The notes under the pieces were generated by a model, which was not told the origin of the DNA, made no database searches, and saw only the letters and a program-made list of their open reading frames with translations. The translations under genes were made by a program, and so were the position numbers. DNA of 63,472 nt, filler included, from Phoronis australis (Eukaryota > Animalia > Phoronida), in the NCBI GenBank assembly GCA_002633005.1. It is 9 parts of 9 records of this genome, joined end to end, with 100 filler letters (N's around TTAATTAATTAA, not from the genome) between each part and the next. Parts side by side here need not be neighbours in the genome. Positions count along the whole stretch, not along the records: positions 46,907 to 53,831 come from NMRA01001078.1; positions 53,932 to 61,360 come from NMRA01002019.1; positions 61,461 to 63,472 come from NMRA01003895.1; 6 more parts are not named here. One strand, 5' to 3'. Every line of letters begins with the position of its first letter. Positions within the stretch are counted from its first letter, which is position 1. This document shows positions 53,813-63,472 of this stretch, piece by piece.

Positions 53813-53831
53813 GTACTACTACTACTACTAC
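53301..53831 (+). mobile_element. Additional BEL/Pao LTR copy (5' portion, cut by the gap in the CTA microsatellite)
   Basis: Colinear with 49413-49944 with few substitutions. No PPT or internal sequence upstream. Confidence 0.9.
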
Positions 53832-54559
53832 NNNNNNNNNNNNNNNNNNNNNNNNNNNNNNNNNNNNNNNNNNNNTTAATTAATTAANNNNNNNNNNNNN
53901 NNNNNNNNNNNNNNNNNNNNNNNNNNNNNNNTGCAGAGCGGTAGTATTTGTCGCCGCGCTTAAAAATAAAATGAGACGCCATTGAAAATCCCACCACGAT
54001 GTCCCAGATGTCCCGGCAATGTTGACAATTTACGTTCCTCCGAAACATAAAGAGCAACTTCCGCTTTTCGAGGTGAACGTTGTCTGCAACGCCGCGGTAA
54101 GAAAGGAATTTGCCGCGGAAATTTTATATCAAATCCGATTTTTTTTACTCGGAAATATTATAAAAAAGCGGACAGCACATTTGAAAAAAGCGGAAATCCG
54201 CGTTTCCGCGGAAAATTCCAAGCCCTGATGAATAAAGAATTACTATCTAGGAGAGGTACGAAGTGCCCCCATACAGGTAAATTTCAGGGAACGATTGAGA
54301 CAACCGTTTCTAAAAACATTGTAACAACGACAGTGTGTCACATGTATCCACAACTATACCAAACAAGATTATTCAATTTTAATGTTAAATGTTAATTGTA
54401 TTGTATGCAATTACTTTAACTAACCAAACTATCCTATTGCTGGTGCCAAGCATTTATTTCTGTTGCATTAAAATGTTTAAAATTTTACATAATTCCAAAA
54501 AAGAACTCTGGTGTGTTCATGTTATGTAGACCCTCATTGACATGTCTGTGTATTTAACC

Positions 54560-55012
54560 ATACACCTACAGATCAGTAAAAGTACATATTTTCAGAAAAT
54601 GGAAAGCCTGTAGAATTTGATTTTTTGACTTTTTAACACACTGTTGTTAACTAGGTGATGCAAACATATCTTTTTAGTAAAATTTAGCAAAAAATAAAGA
54701 TACATCGATAGCAAAACCAAGGTATCAACAACATGAAAAATTTCATTTGATATTAATGTTCAAAATGAAATTTCAAAAATACGTTTTCAAATTACACAAT
54801 TTTTGATTTTTTCATAAAAATCATCCTATTTTTGATAGCCCCCATGCAAATGTGGAGCCTTTTAAAAACAAATCCTAACAGTTTTCTTGGAGAATGGTTT
54901 ATAAAGCATAGTATATGAAAATTTCGTATGAATGAGATCAGCCATTTTTGTGACATGATGTTCTGAAATTTGCCAAACTTGGCCATTTTTCTTGGATCCT
55001 AGGTAACCTTCA
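54560..55012. mobile_element. Non-autonomous DNA transposon fragment (family also at 370-693 and ~45650-45900)
   Basis: Shared blocks GAAAGYCTGTAGAAT(T/G)TGAT, TTTTAGTAAAA and ATCAGCCATTT with those loci. Confidence 0.5.
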
Positions 55013-55104
55013 TACAATCCAATCTGTCAAATGCCATTAGACATCACACAATATGGAAATGAAGTGACAAGAGCGACCACTGAGAGCTCTTGTTGCACAC
55101 TCAC

Positions 55105-58100
55105 TTCGACATGCCAGGCCTTGCCTAGTGCGTGAACAACACGCTCTTCTATTGGCCGACGACATGCACCACAAATTGGGATTCCCATCTTGTCATGGCA
55201 ACGCAGGCAGTAGAGTTCACCATTCTTCTCACGAGCATCTGCATTGAGTTCAGTTCTGCAAAGGAACATGAAATGGCAAAAATATACTCTGGTTGAAATG
55301 GTCGTCATGCTTTATAAAGCCCTGGTCACTTCGGTCTTCGACTACGCTCTCCCCATGATCAACATCAGTAAAAATCAAATCAACAGACTTGAGAGGCTCC
55401 AGAACATTGGTCTTCGCGTCATCACTGGATGTACGAGATCTATGTCAGTCACAGCATTACGTTACCTTGTCGGTATTCCCAGCATTGCAGACAGACAATC
55501 CCTTCTACAAGGTATTACTGTAGCCAAGGCTGTTCAAAGCCCCTTCCATCCATTACACAGTCAAGTGAAGACTGCACTTGACAGGTGCGTGAACTCCGTC
55601 CCTGCAACTGCAACTTATGGACATCGTCCTAGACCTTTTCGCGATGCCTCCCACCAAAGACTTAGCAGGTGCTCGTGGACTGTCGCTGCTGTTAACGCAA
55701 CCATGGGTCTCATCGGTGAACACTTCATCGCGCAAGTTGCTGCTTGGCTGCCAGTACAAGAACTTGGTGAGGAACCGAATGTCATCATTGCTTTCAACAG
55801 GGAAGCTCGGGAATGGCCTCCTGGAGTAGCCCAAGCATTGTGCCGTCTACAATGGCGTGATCTTGGCGGTATTAATGCCATCATTGTAGCAACTGATGGA
55901 TCCTTCGATGGTGAAACTAATCGTGCGGGATGGGGCTATCAAATACGCTGTGCTAACAACGTCATTGCGGAAGGTAGTGGCTGCCACCATATATACACAA
56001 GCAGTACGCGGATGGAGTTTGAGGCTATACAACGTGCCCTAACCAAGCTGTCACTCCTAGACCTGGAGAATCACACCATTATCTTTGCCACCGATTCCAT
56101 GGCAGTGTTGATGAAAGTTCAATCTGGAAACCTCCCAGCCAACTGGGGTGTCTTCCGATCACGCCACCCTCATCATGTGGTGATCTGGTCTTTCGTACCT
56201 GGCCACGCCGGTGTCTTGATTAATGAGCGTGCAGATTACCTCGCTGGCTCATGCACCACCAACCAACCCCTCTACTTATATTCGGCTGACGTTAANGGTG
56301 GCATGCCTTACTCAAAAAACAAACATTGAACAGCCAACAAGAGACTTGATTTTGTTTGAACTAACATGATTCCAGTTTTGTAAGTAAAATCAACTTACTC
56401 GTAGAACGTGGAATTGGAGGTTCGCATGTTTTGAACAGTATTCTACAGTTCTTTTTCAATGACTAGTAGGGGGGCGTCCTGGTTTCCGGTCCTTATGTTA
56501 CCCGGAAGTAGTATATTATCGTACATCGGCGGGAGTTGCAAACCTTGGTCTCGGTTCATGGTAGGCTTTTTTGTTTTTATGTACATTGACTCTTTGACCT
56601 TTCTAGAAAACCAGTTTTCCTCTTTGGCCAGTATCTTGGCATGTTTGTCACATACAAAGTGGCCGGAGATTCCGAGATGTTCTCCCACACCAGTGGGCTT
56701 GTCCAGTCTATTGTATTCCTTGATTTGAACCTCCAATTCCACGGTCTACGAGTAAGTTGATATTACTTACAAACATACCTTCACCGAGACCATGAAAAAC
56801 CTCTTTTCAATCATAACATGATTCCTGTTCGTGAGAAAGCGCATGTTCCAAAAACTGTCCTAAATCAAGGAATTTTTACAAAACTGGTTTTATCACCCAT
56901 GGAGACAAAATTTTAGAACATACCCCAAAAAACATGTCCATTATAAATTATATCAAGAAATATACTCCACTGCTCCTGGGATTTGTTTAGGAATGGAAAA
57001 GCAATTTGGACAAAGACAGTGCACATCTACATCAGTGAGAGGTACACTTTTCCACAGCAAAATGGGAATGGGTACATGCATTACTGAACACAGGAAAGAA
57101 ATGGAGTTCCAGTCATTTTACTCATAGTCAGAAGAGAGCTTCTGGGTTCATCATTCAAAAATCTGCATCTACTGACCATGCTACGCAAAATAATCATGTT
57201 ATTGACTGGGCAAATGTTTCTATCTTGGAAAGAGATTCAAACAGATTTATCAGATGGTAGGCTACACAACTCTTACAACTGCCTTTCGAGTCTCAGTCAA
57301 CCAGTCCAGAGTCAGCGACCCTGGTCATGACAATGTTACATTTTTGTGCATGAAAAAGATCCCATCCTCTCAATTACTACTGTCAGTTTGAGTAGTTTTA
57401 TTTCTACAACTATTACTATCCATATGTTTTTGGTGAAAAAAATGTCACCTGACATGCAAGGTCAGCCAAGGCAATACTTACTGGCACTTATGACAAACGT
57501 ATTTCCCAAGACCCGAGGCTTTCTCTTTGGCATTACACTCTCGACATAATGCCCTGAAATAGAAAGATGCAATCATAGTTATGATTAAAGTAACGAAACA
57601 GCCTTGTGAATCATTTCTCAATTGTCTTTGCAAAAACTGCACCAACTCATAGCAAACATTATTAATTTCACATTTATAATATCTAGTTTCTGTGCATGCC
57701 CCGAAGGAATTGTAACACTGATGGTCAAAAGAAGATGAAAAAGATAAAAATTAAAATTCATTACGGTGTCAGTCTGAGATGTCCACGTTCATTTCAAGGT
57801 GTAATTACGTGCAGATATGATGCTTCTTGATGTTTTCAGGGCTCAATTTCAATTAATGAACAATTTACATAAAAAAATGTAATAGTTGGGAGTTGGGATA
57901 GTTACCTAGACTACACGCAGTCCAGTATTTATCAAAGGATGTAAAGCTGCATACGAAACTCACAGCTGTTTCTTGCAAACACAAGACCCAGTTACACAAC
58001 CACTTATGTTCAGTTTACACAACAAACAGCTCCAATGTACATAACAGACCTACACATGAAAATGGAAACTGACAAGGTGCAAACTGAGATGGTGAAAACT

Positions 58101-60249
58101 GACATGGTGCAAACTGACATGTGGTGTGGAGGAGCAAGTTGCCCCAGAGCACATTGTTCCAAGTCAGCTGCTCGCCTAAATGCAGAAGACTATCATGGCA
58201 TAAACAATCATCAGAACTTGCATTATCACACCAGTTATAACATTCCTTTTAGTATGACACCAACTCTTTTGCCATGCCACAGTTTTTAAGTTACCTGTGT
58301 TGTGATCACAGAATTAAATGTATTATTTACTGCATCAACAGCATGTCTGCTACAACAGTCACATTCCTACCTTCCAGCATTTTTCACGAAGCCAGCGTCA
58401 GCCAGCGGCCCACTGCACAGTTCACATCTGAAGCAGTCCGGATGCCAGTTATTGTTCATGGCTTTGATCACCCGACCAATGATGAACTCGTCTGCAATAG
58501 GTGGGACAACATTTGACATCACCAAGTGATCAGTTGATTGCAGATTTTTTTGAAAACAGAAAAGCCTTGCTTTTGAAAAATAAACAAATATCAAGTTTAC
58601 CAAATCAAGTACAGAAAAGCGTGCAACTGTGATTCAGATTTAGATAATTTCAACTCAGTTAATGTTTTCAGGTTACACAATGATCCATGCAGTGCAGCAT
58701 GCCAGTGTACTTCTTGATCCGTTTAATGTTATCAATTTGTGACTCATACTTCGTGACTCTCTTACACAACTTACTGCATTTTCCACAGCATGGAGCGAAC
58801 AGCATGTGGAAGTCACGTTCACAGTATTTACGCCCCTCAAACTGCAAAAGAGAGTGGAGTCAGCACATCACGTTGAGCCCGAAACCATGAGAAAGGCAAA
58901 GACAATGTAACAAACTGTAATCTCCTGAATAAATACCCTTTAAAAAAGCTCGGAAATTACACCCAAAGGGCTGCACATTTGTTGTTTTATGAAAACTATG
59001 AAACCACTTTTTGAAGTGACAAGTAAACTATGAGTTAGTGAACAAAGATGGATAGTTTGTTCAGTCAACATTCTAAGTTCTAGGATATGTGCGTTGATTA
59101 CTGTATGTAGAATACAGAGACAACAATGACTAATACATGCAGCTATGTCCAGTATAGCAATTACACAAATATCGAGTCATTTGAAATAGATCAGTCCTTC
59201 AAAAATAGCTTCACCCATAATTATGAATCATGAAATAAAAGCAGTAGCCAAAGCGATGGCATTTAGACTGACATTTCTAGGATTCAAAAAAAGAAAACAA
59301 TTACCATTTGCCAATATAAATTTAGGCATCATTTGACTATTACCAACCAAATTCACTAAAAATTCTTAAATATACACAACTGTAAAATTGTTGTGGAATA
59401 ACATAAGTCACTACAAGGTGCTGTAGTAACTATTTCATCAACCAACACAAAAACACACAATCAGATCGAAACACTAATGCAAAGCCTTTATGCTGGTTTT
59501 GAGGCTATGCAAAGATGATTGTAAAATGTCCCAATCAAAGGCAAGTGGTCTTAGTTTTATAATAGTTTACACATGCTCGTAGCCTTATAATAGTCTACTC
59601 ATGGTCGTAGCGTTACAATAGTCTACACATGGTTGTAGCGTTACAATAGCCTACACATGGTCCTAGCGTTACAATAGTCTACACATGGTTGTAGCGTTAC
59701 AATAGCCTACACATGGTCGTAGCGTTACAATAGCCTACACATGGTCCTAGCGTTACAATAGCCTACACATGGTTGTAGCGTTAAAATAGCCTACACATGG
59801 TCGTAGCGTTACAATAGCCTACACATGGTCCTAGCGTTACAATAGTCTACACATGGTTGTAGCGTTAAAATAGCCTACACATGGTCGTAGCGTTAAAATA
59901 GCCTACACATGGTCGTAGCGTTATAATAGCCTACACATGGTTGTAGCATTATAATAGTTTACACATGGTCATAGTGTTATAATAGTTTACAAAAATGTAG
60001 CCTTTTGACAAAAACAAGAGATTTCAGGACACAAGTTTTGGGATAATTTGAAAATGAATTAAACTATTCTCTTGATTTCAGTCATGATTTTAAAACGAAA
60101 TTACATATCGACTGTACTGTAACAATACAGCACTGTAACTACTTATGAATGTATTGAGACCGGAATTGCAAAAACTTCTGAGGTTCAACATGGCTAACTT
60201 TACCTCATAAAAGATTCCCTCTGGAAATGGTTGGAAGCACTGGGCACAC
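55105..60249 (-). CDS. LIMS1: PINCH / LIM and senescent cell antigen-like protein (partial, LIM1-LIM4)
   Basis: Exons 60204-60249 ([15 protein letters not shown]), 58775-58841 ([22 protein letters not shown]), 58371-58491 ([32 protein letters not shown]), 57482-57553 ([23 protein letters not shown]) and 55105-55255 ([49 protein letters not shown]). Near-identical to PINCH. Confidence 0.96.
55295..56295 (+). mobile_element. 5'-truncated non-LTR retrotransposon (RT thumb plus RNase H; I/Ingi/Nimb-type) in a PINCH intron, antisense
   Basis: [29 protein letters not shown]-thumb motif. RNase H catalytic motifs ATDGS, RMEFEAI, ATDS and [17 protein letters not shown]. Open for ~330 codons. Confidence 0.92.
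56377..56773 (-). mobile_element. Penelope-like element 3' fragment with inverted partial pLTR
   Basis: [56 protein letters not shown] (GIY-YIG C-terminus). 47-bp inverted repeats at 56377-56423 and 56727-56773. Confidence 0.88.
57020..57258 (+). mobile_element. Second-family Penelope GIY-YIG relic
   Basis: YISE...ITEHRKE...[33 protein letters not shown] matches the PLE endonuclease pattern YIGET..EH..SA..H..H.IDW..IL..E. Confidence 0.7.
59552..59990. repeat. Intronic minisatellite, 28-bp unit x~15
   Basis: TAGCGTTACAATAGCCTACACATGGTCG tandem copies with diverged edges. Confidence 0.95.
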
Positions 60250-61896
60250 CTGTAAATAGAACACTATAATCATAGAGGTCACTTAAGTTGTATAAGACAT
60301 TAGGTCCACTGATAAGCCTCATCAGTTATTGCATCAAGGTAAACTTACAACCAAAGCAAATCAAAACAGGTTTCTATGACAACTATGGTAGTTTGATGCA
60401 TGTACACTACAGCACAAAAAATCTACATTTATAATGCAAGACAAGTGGTTTTTCAATTACTTTTTGCAAATTCAGTGTAGCCAGACACATTAATGTCAGT
60501 ATCACATACTATGAACTAAGAAGGATGTGATATAATCATTAGGTTTCCGACTTTGCAACTACTAGCTAAGTATTGTGGTTCATTGTAATCAATGAACTAA
60601 TGCCCAACATTAGGTTATAAAAATTGGATAACCACACTATTGAAAAACACAACACATTATAGTGTGATTCACAAGGCTATGAACCGTTGAAGTTAGGGAA
60701 CAGGAGGTAGAGAGGAAGACAAATTACCTAATAACAAGAAATCCACTTGACATGTTTTTCAAGAAAAATTAGGTAACTAGTATTAGGACTAACAGACAAA
60801 CGGATAAAACAGACAAAACAAATCAGTAACAGATGCTTTGTTAGGAAACAAGAAATAAAGAAACTTAACACAATAGGGTGACATTTTGTCAAGTTCATGA
60901 ACATCCAGATTCATTTGCAACATTATATGAAGCGCGGATTGCAGACACGGCTTACATGGGGTCCTTTATTTAAGAAAAACAAATCTTTGCTCAGCAGCAT
61001 TCAGTTCCAAGCTCATCTGAAATTCAGATGGCAAGACCTTGGAAGTTAGAAATTTGGGTCAAGTCTGAAAGCATCCATCAAACACCTTCAAATTACCATT
61101 GCTGTATGAAAAGAACTTTTAGAATTCAGCCATCAATGTTTCTGATATTGATTTTGTGTCAGACCAAAGAGACAGATCACTCATTGATGGCATGCAATAG
61201 TATCTGAAACTGAAACTGCACTGTTGGACCATCGTCAATTACAGTTTAAGACTTGCAAAGAGCTCCTCCCTCAATTTCAAATTCACTTGGAATTATGCTC
61301 AAGCGAACAAACAGAAAACCAAAGAAAACAAAACAGAGAATAACAAAAAAAAAAAAAACANNNNNNNNNNNNNNNNNNNNNNNNNNNNNNNNNNNNNNNN
61401 NNNNTTAATTAATTAANNNNNNNNNNNNNNNNNNNNNNNNNNNNNNNNNNNNNNNNNNNNTTTTCTAGACTTGAGAACAACTGACAGGTCGTTTTTGCCT
61501 TAAGCTCCAGTCTACTAAGAAGTTGCCACGGCGCGTTAATTTTAATCGTCAGGTTGGTATGACCGACAGGGGGCACTCAAGTGCGTAAGTATAACAAGTT
61601 CAAAGGATTATAATGCGGTGACTGGCCAAAGATTTTATAGATACCTAAGATCTCCGGCGACTTATGACCTAAATAGTCACAGCGTTACAAGTAGCGCCAC
61701 CTTCTGGAAGGCGCTCAAATACAGCATAATAACACGGTTGACTGTAATGCCACTGTGTCATCTGGTGCTTACAAAATACTTTGTTTCGCTTGCTTAAAGA
61801 TAAGGAGAGGTAAGTGTATGTTCATTATGTATTCCATACTACCATTGGCAAGTACTGATCGGATAATAGGAGTCAGTACTGCAGTAGAGCAGGCCT

Positions 61897-62218
61897 ACAT
61901 ATTAGGGATAGTTACCAGTAGTTGACAACACTGAGGACCACAGCATGGTGGTATGAAACTCATTCGGTAGTGGCTGCACTTCTTCTGCCAGGAATGTAAT
62001 AAAATTGAAGTGGAGTTGTATCAGCTGTGTTTGGTTAAAGAAGAGTAGTCTACAGTATACATATTAGGGATAGTTACCAGTAGTTGACAACACTGAGGAC
62101 CACAGCATGGTGGTATGAAACTCATTCGGTAGTTGCTGCACATCTTCTGCCATGAATGTAATAAAATTGAAGTGGAGTTGTATCAGCTGTGTTTGGTTGA
62201 AGAAGAGTAGTCTACAGT
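61897..62218. repeat. Direct tandem duplication, ~162 bp x2
   Basis: ACATATTAGGGATAGTTACC...GAGTAGTCTACAGT occurs twice. Confidence 0.92.
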
Positions 62219-62529
62219 TCAGTTTATTACTATGCTTACAAAGGGATCTGAAAAATATTGTTATTCATTTGAATGGCATTTGCTTTCATTCTAGTATTAT
62301 TGCATCCCAATAATTATCGTATTGGCCATAACATCATCAAAAATTATGTTTTCCTCAAGTAAATTATAAATATAATTCACCAAAATTGGTTTTATGTCTA
62401 AAAACGTGTTTATATTCAAGTTAGTTACAATCTTCACCACAGGCCTGGTTTGAGGGTCTCCGAATACAACTTGGTCTCCAGCTAATAGGTGGCGCTGTTT
62501 CAAATGTGTGACTAGGCAAATTACACTAG

Positions 62530-62790
62530 GACGGCCATCTTGGGATGTAGTATCTTTGGTTTGGGTGCTCAGATTACCATCCACTGGGAGTGTGTCGCGG
62601 GACACTCTGGCAAGTGGGACAGTTGTTCCGCTGTCCGTGGTATGCCGGAGGTCCACTTAACCATGTCCAGTAGTGGCTTGGCCGCGTCGAACTTTGAACA
62701 GCACAAGCATTCCATTGAGGTAGGCATAACAACGCACACAGTGCATTTGCACCAAGATGTGTCACCACGTCTGTCCTCAGAGTTTTTCGA
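62530..62790 (-). pseudogene. P2X7 C-terminal (ballast/Zn-cysteine)-like protein remnant, probably transposon-borne
   Basis: RRGDTSWCKCTVCVVMPTSMECLCC matches the WCxCxxCxxMxTxxExxCC signature. The downstream part is disrupted by a stop. Confidence 0.7.
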
Positions 62791-63472
62791 CGTTGGGCAA
62801 AGTCGTGCGCGGTTTTGCGCCAATTGACGAAAACTCAACCGTTGAAAGTCAATTCTTTTTCTTTTCCTCTACTGATGGAGGGCCAAAGTACCTGGGAACG
62901 GAGGGGCATCGATTTCCAATGGTTAGTTTTCCGGCAATAGACGTTTGAGTTGAGGAGGCGTAATCTCCGTAAAATTCTCGGTTTTTCGGGGTAGGGCAAA
63001 ATAGTGCGCGGTTTTTGCCAATTGACGAAGACTCAACCGTTGAAAGTCATTTTTTATTCTTTTCCTCTACTGATGGAGGGCCAGAGGACCTAGAAACGGA
63101 GGGGCATCAATTTTCAACCGTTAGTTTTTCAGCAATAGACGTTTGAACTGAGGAGGTGGAATCTCCGTAAAATTCTCGGTTTTTCGAGGTAGGGCAAAGT
63201 CCTGCGCGGTTTTGTGCCAATTGACGAAAACTCAACCGTTGAAAGTCAATTCTTTTTCTTTTCCTCTAATGATGGAGGGCCAGAGTATCTAATAACGGAG
63301 GGGCGTCGATTTTCAACGTTTAGTTTTCCGGCAATAGACGTTTGAATTGAGGAGGCGGAATCTCCGTATAATTCTCGGTTTTTCGGGGTAGGGCAAAGTA
63401 TTGCGCGGTTTTGCGCCAATTGACGAAAACTCAACCTTTGAAAGTCATTTTTTTTCTTTTCCTCTATTGATG
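62780..63472. repeat. Tandem repeat, ~199-bp unit x3.4, running off the window end
   Basis: TTGACGAAAACTCAACCGTTGAAAGTCA recurs at ~62824, 63022, 63221 and 63421. Confidence 0.93.

Noticed and set aside
59552-59990. 28-bp repeats of CRISPR-like length (also the 27-bp array at 34131-34298)
   Set aside because: Head-to-tail with no unique spacers, no cas genes, and located in eukaryotic introns.

Overview
AT-rich, intron-rich metazoan genomic DNA, probably a marine invertebrate; the taxon cannot be fixed from the sequence. It is not one continuous locus: nine contigs are joined by an artificial 100-bp linker (N44-TTAATTAATTAA-N44), so adjacency across linkers should not be interpreted. Manual GT-AG splice and phase reconstruction supports six partial spliced genes: a MAM-domain protein (+), an HSD11B1L-like short-chain dehydrogenase with exons 2-3 duplicated (-), a tandem array of 169-aa 8-Cys N-glycosylated exon repeats (+), a Ser/Pro-rich uncharacterised protein (-), a SAM/coiled-coil/TKL-type kinase (-) and PINCH/LIMS1 (-). 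Mobile DNA includes a decayed BEL/Pao LTR element with LTRs, an RNase-H-bearing LINE, Penelope-like GIY-YIG fragments (one with a U3-A8 hammerhead-like motif), a HIRAN-carrying Tc1/pogo-like relic, a P2X7-ballast-like relic, HINE/DINE-like arrays, MITEs, a tRNA-derived SINE and several minisatellites. The most novel-looking item is the homogenised 169-aa exon-repeat protein. All family assignments come from motif recognition; no database search was run.
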